Part shown: in pieces, positions 49,038 through 56,881 of the stretch
How the letters are laid out: every line of letters begins with the position of its first letter
Numbering within the stretch: position 1 is the stretch's first letter
DNA from: Alphaproteobacteria bacterium
GTDB lineage: Bacteria > Pseudomonadota > Alphaproteobacteria > GCA-2731375
Assembly (NCBI GenBank): GCA_965216645.1
Contig: CBDCGJ010000068.1
Location: forward strand, 2,626 to 66,625
Length of the DNA: 64,000 bases
Reading direction: 5' to 3'
The notes under the pieces: generated by a model
The model's input: only the letters and a program-made list of their open reading frames with translations
Told to the model about the DNA's origin: nothing
Databases searched by the model: none
Made by a program: the position numbers and the translations under genes

Positions 49038-50633
49038 CTATCCGCATAATTTCGGAAACAAATGTTCCCCGACAGTGATTTCGTGACCGGCAAAAGCATC
49101 TACACCACGCTCTTTCATTGTGCCCAGCCGTCGATTTATCAATCCGCTCGCGTTCGGTAGAAAAGGTTCGAGGAAATGGGCTATGTGGGCTAACGCAATC
49201 ACTATGTTAAATAGGCAAACAGCAAGTTTTCTTTCCGGCGCCTCAGCAAAACCCCGTAACCGCGCATGCTCAATTTCCTTGGCCAGTTCCCAAGGTTTCT
49301 GATCCGCAACATATTTGTTTGCCGCCCCTACGAATCTCCAGATATCGGAAAGGGCATCGTTGAACGCGTATCGATCGACGTATGTCTCGACCCGTTGTTC
49401 AAGCAAATCCGCTACGCCAATAAATTCTGCGACTTCGCTTTGATCCAGCTCGATATTCGGGACCGATCCTCCGCTGTAACGCGCAACCATGCTTGTCACC
49501 CGATGCACAAGGTTCCCAAGCTGCCCTGCAAGCTCCGAGTGATAACATTGCGCTAACCGCTCGCGGGAGAAATCCCCGTCTTTGGTGCTATGAATATGTC
49601 GTAGCAGATAATATCGCACGGCATCCGGCCCGAATTCGCCGGCCAATGGGGTTGGCGCGACCACTTGTCCGCCTGACTTGCTTATCTTTTTACCGTCGAT
49701 GGTGACGTAACCATGGACAAAGATATCTGTCGGCAAAGGCAACCCGGCAGATAGCAACATAGCGGGCCAGTACAACGCGTGAAAGCGACTGATCCCCTTG
49801 CCAATGACATGCTGACGTCGGTCGGCGTTTGTCCAGTACTGCTCAAAATCCTCAGCTTTGCCGCCGTAACCAAGTGCGGAGACATAATTCACCAAAGCAT
49901 CGAACCAGACATAGATGGTTTGCGAGGGATCGCCTGGTACCGTAATACCCCAATCATGGGCACGGGTGCTCGACCGGCTGATCGAGAAATCGTCAAGACC
50001 GCTTGTTATCCAACCCAAAACCTCGTTGCGGCGACTTGATGGGTGTACCCGAATTTGATCCGAACGAAGCAGTTTTTCCAAACGGTCCTGGAAATCCGAC
50101 AGGCGGAAAAAATAGTTCTCCTCCGAAACCGGTTCGGGCGCGACAAAATGCTCGGGACAGCGCCCATCAATCAGATCTTCGTCGCGTAGAAACTGCTCGC
50201 AGCCGACGCAGTAAAGGCCTTCATACTGTCGCTTATATATATGCCCGCTGTCGTAGCAAGCAGTCCAAATGGCTTCGACGGCAACTCGATGTCGCGGGTC
50301 GACGCTTGTCCGTATGAAATCGTCCGTCGACAAATTTAACGATCGTTTCAGTTCGCTAAAGGCTTCGCTGGTTTGCGCGACAAATGTCGTTGTTTCCATG
50401 TTGTGGCGAACCGCAGCTTGCACATTCTTTAGACTGTTTTCGTCGGCACCGCTTTGAAATCGTACGCGATATCCCTGCCTCCGGCGATATCGCGCCAGAA
50501 CGTCCGCCTGAATCATTTCCATAGCAAATCCGATATGAGGTTCGGCATTCACATAAGGAATCGAGGAAGTTATGTACCAAGTATCCTTCTGGGTTGTATT
50601 CTCTAGGCACGGATTTGCTGGTTTATCTTGCAT
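49038..50633 (-). CDS. metG: Methionyl-tRNA synthetase (short, single-knuckle form)
   Basis: PYVNAEPHIGF (HIGH variant), DFIRT, YCVGC...CPEH knuckle, EENYFF, YVWFDAL, KISKS, LGNL; GGAG 6 nt before ATG 50633. Confidence 0.93.
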   Translation of the reverse strand: MQDKPANPCLENTTQKDTWYITSSIPYVNAEPHIGFAMEMIQADVLARYRRRQGYRVRFQSGADENSLKNVQAAVRHNMETTTFVAQTSEAFSELKRSLNLSTDDFIRTSVDPRHRVAVEAIWTACYDSGHIYKRQYEGLYCVGCEQFLRDEDLIDGRCPEHFVAPEPVSEENYFFRLSDFQDRLEKLLRSDQIRVHPSSRRNEVLGWITSGLDDFSISRSSTRAHDWGITVPGDPSQTIYVWFDALVNYVSALGYGGKAEDFEQYWTNADRRQHVIGKGISRFHALYWPAMLLSAGLPLPTDIFVHGYVTIDGKKISKSGGQVVAPTPLAGEFGPDAVRYYLLRHIHSTKDGDFSRERLAQCYHSELAGQLGNLVHRVTSMVARYSGGSVPNIELDQSEVAEFIGVADLLEQRVETYVDRYAFNDALSDIWRFVGAANKYVADQKPWELAKEIEHARLRGFAEAPERKLAVCLFNIVIALAHIAHFLEPFLPNASGLINRRLGTMKERGVDAFAGHEITVGEHLFPKLCG

Positions 50634-50669
50634 GTTGTTCTCCACTCCATGATCAGAATGAGGTGGAGC

Positions 50670-50699
50670 AAAAAAAACCGCCTCATTCCGAGACGGTTT
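50670..50699 (-). terminator. Intrinsic terminator (attenuator 3:4 hairpin) in the metG leader
   Basis: Minus strand AAACCGTCTC-GGAAT-GAGGCGG-TTTTTTTT, ending 36 nt upstream of the metG start. Confidence 0.88.
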
Positions 50700-50724
50700 C
50701 CGCTGTTGTTCTATGTCCTTACCG

Positions 50725-50808
50725 CTAATTTGCGCAAAAGCTACCCGCCCCGATATAAAAACGAGGCATCATCATGTCCGCAAATGGAAAAGTGCGATAG
50801 ATGGTCAT
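50725..50808 (-). CDS. Putative Met-rich attenuator leader peptide MTIYRTFPFADMMMPRFYIGAGSFCAN (27 aa)
   Basis: Manual translation; ATG ATG ATG at codons 12-14 (50775-50767); lies between a promoter and the terminator preceding metG. Confidence 0.8.
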   Translation of the reverse strand: MTIYRTFPFADMMMPRFYIGAGSFCAN

Positions 50809-50814
50809 GGCGAA

Positions 50815-50843
50815 TTTCTAAAAACGAGGCCGCGGACTGTCAA
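50815..50843 (-). promoter_or_regulatory. Sigma70-type promoter for the leader-metG transcript
   Basis: TTGACA (50843-50838), 17-nt spacer, TAGAAA (50820-50815), then 6 nt to the leader ATG. Confidence 0.65.
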
Positions 50844-50948
50844 CATGCAATGTAAAAATGTTGTGCTTGTTGTATCGAGTTCAGTAATTGGCCTATGTCA
50901 CTAGAAAAGTGTGTCTAGTACGTATCAAACAACAAGTCAGAACTTCCC

Positions 50949-51383
50949 CTAGCGAGATTTCGTGGCTGTCGGCTTCTTCTTCGTTGCTGCTTTACCGGCC
51001 GTTTTCCGTGTCGTGCTCTTCGTATTACCGGTGGGCTTGGCGCGCGTCGATTTGGTTGCCGATGTTTTTTTTCGGGCTGTTGCCGTGCGGCTGGTCTTTG
51101 CCGTAGACGATTTCGCCTTCGTCGCCTTAGCCCTTGCCGGCTTGGCTTTGGCTTCCAGTGCGGCGAGGCGTTTGGCGAGGGTTTCGTTTTCCTGCCGCGC
51201 GGTTTCGGCCATGGCTTTGACGGCGTCGAACTCCTCCCGCGTGACCAGGTCCATGCGGTCGATCAGGGCTTCGGCCCGTTGTTTGATCAGGTTTTCCACT
51301 TCGCCGGCCGCGCCCTGCAGGACGCCGGCGGTGCTGTTGGCCAGCTTGGAAACGTCGTCGAAAAACTTACGCCGGGCGTTCAT
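50949..51383 (-). CDS. ubiK: UbiK/BMFP-family accessory protein with Lys/Thr/Ala-rich C-terminal tail
   Basis: FFDDVSKL, DLVTREEFDAVKAMA...LAKRLAALE; AGGAG RBS; divergent from lgt. Confidence 0.85.
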   Translation of the reverse strand: MNARRKFFDDVSKLANSTAGVLQGAAGEVENLIKQRAEALIDRMDLVTREEFDAVKAMAETARQENETLAKRLAALEAKAKPARAKATKAKSSTAKTSRTATARKKTSATKSTRAKPTGNTKSTTRKTAGKAATKKKPTATKSR

Positions 51384-51479
51384 GGACCATTCTCCTGGTT
51401 GATCGCGCACGCTTGCGGTTCGGGTGTCTGATTTGTATATGTGCCAGAAGGTTGGCCGAAGCAAGTGTTCGAGTGTGTG

Positions 51480-52295
51480 ATGGACCTGATCCCTCTGGTT
51501 TTCGCGGCGATACCCTATCCTCAAATCGACGGAGAGATCTTCTCCCTCGGGCCCCTCGCGGTGCGCTGGTACGGGCTGGCCTATGTGGCCGGTTTGCTGC
51601 TCGGCTGGCGCTGGCTTGTTTGGGTCAGTAAGAAGCAGCAAGATATCATCAATCCCGCGCGCTTCGACGACGCCTTGGTCTGGATCGCCATCGGCGTGAT
51701 TCTTGGGGGCCGATTGGGTTATGTGTTGTTCTATAACCCCGGCTACTATCTCTCCAATCCCGGCGACGCGCTCAAAGTTTGGCAGGGCGGCATGTCCTTC
51801 CATGGCGGCGTGTTGGGCGTCACCGTGGCCATGGTTCTGTTCGCCCGAAAGCACAAACTGCCGCTATTGAACTTCGCCGATTTGATCGCCGCGGCGGTAC
51901 CGATCGGTCTGTTCTTCGGCCGCATCGCCAATTTCATCAATGCCGAACTCTATGGCCGGGTCAGCGACATGCCCTGGGCCATGGTCTTCCCGACCGGCGG
52001 CCCCGAACCCCGGCATCCAAGCCAACTTTACGAGGCGGCTTTGGAAGGCGTGCTGCTTTTCATTATCCTCAATGCTTTAATTTATTTTGCTAAGTTTCTG
52101 AAGTATCCCGGTATGATCACAGGATTATTCCTGGTCGGATATGCTGCCTGCCGAGCCTTTGTCGAGCTATTCCGGCAACCGGATGCGCATATCGGCTTCC
52201 TGGCCGGCGGGCTGACCATGGGGCAACTCCTTTCCATCCCGATGATCCTGGGCGGCGCCTTTTTGATCTGGTGGTCCCGGCGGCAGCCGGCCTAG
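51480..52295 (+). CDS. lgt: Prolipoprotein diacylglyceryl transferase
   Basis: RWYGLAY, GGRLGY, GGMSFHGG, GRIANFINAELYGR, RHPSQLYE. Confidence 0.96.
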   Translation: MDLIPLVFAAIPYPQIDGEIFSLGPLAVRWYGLAYVAGLLLGWRWLVWVSKKQQDIINPARFDDALVWIAIGVILGGRLGYVLFYNPGYYLSNPGDALKVWQGGMSFHGGVLGVTVAMVLFARKHKLPLLNFADLIAAAVPIGLFFGRIANFINAELYGRVSDMPWAMVFPTGGPEPRHPSQLYEAALEGVLLFIILNALIYFAKFLKYPGMITGLFLVGYAACRAFVELFRQPDAHIGFLAGGLTMGQLLSIPMILGGAFLIWWSRRQPA

Positions 52296-52302
52296 AGCGG
52301 CC

Positions 52303-53349
52303 ATGTCGCTGCAAGATCATCTGCTGCGTCTAATCGAGATCGACGGTCCAATGACCGTCGCCCGGTACATGCATGAGGTGCTGCAGCATCCCGACAGCGG
52401 CTATTACCGGCGGGACGATATCTTCGGTGCGGACGGCGACTTCATCACCGCGCCGGAAATCAGTCAGATGTTCGGGGAACTGATCGGCCTCTGGTGCGCC
52501 AGCTGCTGGCAGACGATGGGAGCGCCGGCGCGGGTCAATCTGATCGAGCTGGGCCCCGGTCGCGGCATCCTGATGGCCGACCTGCTGCGCGCTGCGGATA
52601 TGGTTCCCGAATTCGCGGCCGCCATCGACCTGCATCTGGTGGAAACCAGCGAAAAACTGCGGGATATCCAGGCCGCGGCCCTGCCGAACCGGTCGCCGCG
52701 CTGGCATGACGCCTTGCCGGCGGATCTGAAGGGGCCGAGCATCGTCGTCGCCAACGAATTTCTCGATGCCTTGCCGATCCATCAGTTTCAGGCCGTCGAC
52801 GGACGCTGGTATGAGCGCATGGTGGGCCGCGTCGACGATACGCTGGCCTTCGTTCTCGCGCCAAACCCAACCCCCTTGGCCCGGCGTGCCGAACCGGGCG
52901 GATCGATTCTCGAGCTGGCGCCGGCGCGCGAGGCGGCGGTCGGGTCGATCGCAGCGCATGCCGACTACGCGCTGATCGTCGACTATGGCTTCGCGGAGCC
53001 CGGGCTGGGCGACACGTTGCAGGCGGTGAGGCGCCATCGCTTCCACGATCCCTTGACCGCGCCGGGCACGGCCGATCTGACGAGCCATGTCGATTTTCAC
53101 GCCCTGAGCGGGGGCGCCGAGGGCGCCGCCTGTTGGGGACCGGTCTCGCAGCGGGATTTCCTTTTCGCCCTCGGCATCCGGGAACGGGCGGCGACGTTGC
53201 GCCGCGCGGCGACGGGTCCCCAGCGCGAAACCATCGACCGGGCCGTAGCCCGCTTGACCGACGCCGCGCAAATGGGAACCTTGTTCAAAGTGCTGGCGAT
53301 CACGCCGCCGAACGCGCCGGCGCCGGCCGGATTTGAGGAATTGTCATGA
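52303..53349 (+). CDS. MidA/NDUFAF7-family SAM-dependent methyltransferase
   Basis: GDFITAPEISQMFGE, ELGPGRG, ANEFLDALP, DLTSHVDF. Confidence 0.92.
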   Translation: MSLQDHLLRLIEIDGPMTVARYMHEVLQHPDSGYYRRDDIFGADGDFITAPEISQMFGELIGLWCASCWQTMGAPARVNLIELGPGRGILMADLLRAADMVPEFAAAIDLHLVETSEKLRDIQAAALPNRSPRWHDALPADLKGPSIVVANEFLDALPIHQFQAVDGRWYERMVGRVDDTLAFVLAPNPTPLARRAEPGGSILELAPAREAAVGSIAAHADYALIVDYGFAEPGLGDTLQAVRRHRFHDPLTAPGTADLTSHVDFHALSGGAEGAACWGPVSQRDFLFALGIRERAATLRRAATGPQRETIDRAVARLTDAAQMGTLFKVLAITPPNAPAPAGFEELS

Positions 53350-54119
53350 CCCCAGTTCACCACGCCCCCGCACTGTCTCGGATCGACGGGGTGGCGCACG
53401 GTTTTTTCGGCCGCCGCGGCGGCGTATCCGCCGGAATTTACACCTCGCTGAACTGCGGCGCCGGCTCCGACGATGACGGCGCGGCGGTTGCCCGCAATCG
53501 CGATATCGTCTGCGGGACCTTGAGCGATCGGGTGCGGTCCCTGCATAGTCTCTATCAGGTCCACGGCGACACGGTGGTCGAGATAACCGCGGATATGCCC
53601 GCCGACGCTAGACCGAATGCGGATGCCATGATCTGCCGGCAACAGGGCTTGGCGCTGGCAATCCTGACCGCCGACTGCGTCCCGGTCTTGTTCGCCGAGG
53701 AGGGCGGCCAGGTCATCGGCGCCGCCCATGCCGGCTGGAAGGGCGCGCTCGGCGGCGTCCTGGCGGCGACGGTGAACGCCATGCAGGCGATGGGCGCGCA
53801 GCGCGATAGGATCGTCGCGGCCGTCGGACCGGCGATCGCCCAAGCGTCCTATGAAGTGGGCGCCGACTACCGGGAGCGTTTCCTGGTGGCGGACGACGCG
53901 AACGCCCGGTTTTTCGCATCTGGCGTCCGGCCGGGACATTTCCAGTTCGATCTCACCGGCTATGTACAGGCGGGATTGGCGGCGCTGGGACTGGCGCGGA
54001 TCGACAACCTGAACTTGGACACCTATGCCAACGAGAACGAGTTCTTCAGCTACCGGCGCAGCGTGCATCGGGACGAGCCCGATTATGGGCGCCAAATCTC
54101 CGCGATCGCCTTGATTTAA
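53346..54119 (+). CDS. pgeF: Peptidoglycan editing factor / YfiH-family protein
   Basis: QVHG, TADCVPVL, HAGWKG, FFSYRR. Confidence 0.93.
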   Translation: MTPVHHAPALSRIDGVAHGFFGRRGGVSAGIYTSLNCGAGSDDDGAAVARNRDIVCGTLSDRVRSLHSLYQVHGDTVVEITADMPADARPNADAMICRQQGLALAILTADCVPVLFAEEGGQVIGAAHAGWKGALGGVLAATVNAMQAMGAQRDRIVAAVGPAIAQASYEVGADYRERFLVADDANARFFASGVRPGHFQFDLTGYVQAGLAALGLARIDNLNLDTYANENEFFSYRRSVHRDEPDYGRQISAIALI

Positions 54120-54120
54120 G

Positions 54121-54792
54121 CTATCGGTTGGCCCGCAGGAAGGCGTGCATGTGAAAAGCGGCCTGGGCCGGCGAGTAAACGCGATCCTGTCCGACGGGAC
54201 AGGCGCGGCGGGCGCGGCAGCCCAATTCAAGACAATCTTCGCCGGCCGGGCTCGTAATATGGTCGACGCAAGCTGAGACGTCATAGCCTCCGGGGCTGAA
54301 AGCGTCGACCGGACAAGTGGTTAAGCAGGGCTGGTCCGAACAGGCGAGACAAGGACTTTCGCCCGCTTCCTCGCCCGTCGAAATCTCGTCTTCGGTCAAC
54401 AAGGCGGCGCGGTAGGCGTGCCAGAGGCCGTAGGTCGGATGAATCATGGGCCCGATGGGCGACGGATGAACATTGTCGGCCCGCGCGGCCCAGCGTTGAA
54501 ACGGCCAATATGGCGGGCCTTCGAAGGGAAATAGGGCCCGGCAATCGAATTCCGCCGCGATGGGCGCCACGACCCGGCGGCACCAGTCGTCCAACGGATG
54601 CGGGTTGTCGTCCTTTTGCCGCCCCTCGAAGCAACGCCACATGACCTCATCGACGTTTCCGATCAAAATGATGCCGCGGTAGCGCGAACCATCCGGCAGG
54701 TTGTCGTCGGGCAAAGCCTGGCAAACGCCCCGAACGATCAAGCCGTTGGGCGCCAGCCGCGTCGACACTCGATCCAGCTGCGCCGCCATCAT
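54121..54792 (-). CDS. Ferredoxin-like 4Fe-4S protein of unknown function
   Basis: HPLDDW, PFQRWA, HPTYGLWHAYR, CxxCxxxPCxxxCP, CRARRACP. Confidence 0.7.
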   Translation of the reverse strand: MMAAQLDRVSTRLAPNGLIVRGVCQALPDDNLPDGSRYRGIILIGNVDEVMWRCFEGRQKDDNPHPLDDWCRRVVAPIAAEFDCRALFPFEGPPYWPFQRWAARADNVHPSPIGPMIHPTYGLWHAYRAALLTEDEISTGEEAGESPCLACSDQPCLTTCPVDAFSPGGYDVSACVDHITSPAGEDCLELGCRARRACPVGQDRVYSPAQAAFHMHAFLRANR

Positions 54793-54796
54793 GGCC

Positions 54797-55219
54797 TCAC
54801 CCCGGCGGCTGAAAGGGCCCGAACAGGCGCCACACGCCGTTGACGCTGAGGTAGACCTCCTCGCCATGATAGACCGTGCCACGCATGAAGATCATCGTGC
54901 GGGTCTCGCGCACCACCTCCGCGGCACCCTGGATGAAGCGCCCGGCTTTGGCACCGGTGACATAGTCGGCATTCAAGCTGACGGTCGCGCACATCCGCTT
55001 CGTGGCGTGGACGACCGCATGACCGAGGAAATGGTCGGCGAATGTGTTCAAGGCCCCGCCATGCAACACGCCGTTCGGGTTTTCGTGCCGCGGCTCGGCG
55101 ACAAAGCCATAGTCGAAACGGCCCGGCCCCGATTCACGGGCATAGAACGGCCCGACGTCATCAGCGAACGCACCGCTTTGAGGTATTTGAAAAAAACCGT
55201 TAGGAATATCTATCATCAC
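54797..55219 (-). CDS. PaaI-family thioesterase
   Basis: HENPNGVLHGG...AD hot-dog motif. Confidence 0.85.
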   Translation of the reverse strand: MMIDIPNGFFQIPQSGAFADDVGPFYARESGPGRFDYGFVAEPRHENPNGVLHGGALNTFADHFLGHAVVHATKRMCATVSLNADYVTGAKAGRFIQGAAEVVRETRTMIFMRGTVYHGEEVYLSVNGVWRLFGPFQPPG

Positions 55220-55234
55220 ATTAAATCTTTTAAA

Positions 55235-56209
55235 TTAATAACATCCAGCTTCACGTGCCCTAAGCTTGACCAAAGCCGCCACGATGTCGATCGACGGGGT
55301 TGGGGTTTCCGTCAATACACCAAGTTCCTGAACCGACGTAATCAGTGCGTCGATTTCCATTGCCCGCCCCTTGTCCAGGTCCTGCAGCATGGAGGTCCGA
55401 TGGGCGCCGACCGCGGCGGCCCCGTCGATACGCCGATCCACATCGACGGCAAAACGAACTCCAAGTTTCTCGCCGATAGTCTGCGCTTCCACCATCATCG
55501 CCCTGGCGACGGCCCGGGTTTCCGTATCGCCGCATATGTCTTCAAGGGTCGCGGAAGTCAATGCGCTGATCGGATTGAAGCTGAGATTGCCCCACAGCTT
55601 AATCCAGATTTCGTCGCGCAATTTGGGCCGGATCGGGGCTTTCAGACCTGCAGAGCGAAAACAGGCGGCCAGGGCTTCGAGGCGCGGCGTCTTCTCGCCG
55701 CTCGGCTCGCCCAGGCTGAAGCGATCGCCCTCGATATGCTCGACCACACCCGGCTCCGGCATGTCGCAGGCCGGATAAACGACGCAACCGATCACCCGCT
55801 GGGGTGTGATATGCCGCCACTGGTCACCGCCGGGATCGACACTCTCCAGACGGTGGCCCGCATAGTCGCTGGTCACGCCGTAAAAATACCACCAGGGCAG
55901 CCCATTGACCGCCATCGCCACCGACGTGTCGTCATTAAACAGCTTTGGAAGCTGCGGCGCGACCACCGGCACCGAATGGGCTTTCAAGGTCACGATCACA
56001 TAGTCCTGGGGTCCGAAGTCCGCCGGATCGTCGGAACAAGGCAGGTGATAGGTCCGCTCCTCCCCCGCCATTCGCAGGCGTAGCCCGTCCCGCTGGATCG
56101 CCTGCATGTGGGGGCCGCGGGCGATCAGGCTGACTTCCGCCTCCGTTTTAGATAGCAAGGCGCCGACATAACCGCCAATAGCACCAGCACCATATATGCA
56201 TATCTTCAT
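55235..56209 (-). CDS. 2-dehydropantoate 2-reductase-family protein
   Basis: GAGAIGG, ARG, LKAH, WIKLWGN, TSMLQD, MEID. Confidence 0.88.
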   Translation of the reverse strand: MKICIYGAGAIGGYVGALLSKTEAEVSLIARGPHMQAIQRDGLRLRMAGEERTYHLPCSDDPADFGPQDYVIVTLKAHSVPVVAPQLPKLFNDDTSVAMAVNGLPWWYFYGVTSDYAGHRLESVDPGGDQWRHITPQRVIGCVVYPACDMPEPGVVEHIEGDRFSLGEPSGEKTPRLEALAACFRSAGLKAPIRPKLRDEIWIKLWGNLSFNPISALTSATLEDICGDTETRAVARAMMVEAQTIGEKLGVRFAVDVDRRIDGAAAVGAHRTSMLQDLDKGRAMEIDALITSVQELGVLTETPTPSIDIVAALVKLRAREAGCY

Positions 56210-56772
56210 GTGGCGTCCGCCGGTTCGTAATGTTGCGGGAAGAAGTCGCGCACGAATTGTCCCTCGGCCCGGTAGGCGTAGCAGGAATTCAACATCCCTG
56301 GTGACAACGTGCGCTCCTTCGGCGGCGTTTTCACCTCGCCGTCCGGTGCCCGCTCCGACCACATGGCCTGCATGGCGACGGTGGCCATCTGCGCCAGCAT
56401 CTCGACAAGGTGCGTACAGCCGCCGCCACGGCCAAGTCGCTCGCGCACCGCCCGATTCCAACCGGGACCGATCTTGAGGCCGGCCAGGTTGGCGAAATTC
56501 GGCTCGACCAAATGACAGATCGAATGGGCGCCGACATCGAGGCGCGCTTCGCAGGCTTGCACGGTCAACGACCGATCCACACTCAGCCGTAGCCACATGT
56601 CATGCACCGGCTCCCCGGCGGCGCGGTGACTGTCGAGTAGATAATGGGTGAACGGTTTCACGTCGATGATATGGCCTTCGATATCGTATTGGCCGTCCTT
56701 ACGGCGGTAGGCCTTCAAATCGATGTTTCGGCGATGCAACAGCTCGCGGTCTTGGGCGGGCGATAATGGCAC
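56206..56772 (-). CDS. DUF2889-family protein
   Basis: RELLHRR, DVK, VHDM, GPGW, GCTHLVE, SCY. Confidence 0.75.
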   Translation of the reverse strand: MPLSPAQDRELLHRRNIDLKAYRRKDGQYDIEGHIIDVKPFTHYLLDSHRAAGEPVHDMWLRLSVDRSLTVQACEARLDVGAHSICHLVEPNFANLAGLKIGPGWNRAVRERLGRGGGCTHLVEMLAQMATVAMQAMWSERAPDGEVKTPPKERTLSPGMLNSCYAYRAEGQFVRDFFPQHYEPADAT

Positions 56773-56881
56773 GGAAATTCCTCTCGGATGGTCGTAGGAC
56801 GTTGGTGTAAAGTCATAACGACTGTCTCGCCGCTTGTATAGCGACGGGCAGACCTTAAATAAGTCAATGAGTTAAACCCTT

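Noticed and set aside
50640-50850. SAM riboswitch or T-box upstream of metG
   Set aside because: No T-box consensus or recognisable SAM aptamer motif; the leader ORF and alternative hairpins account for the region
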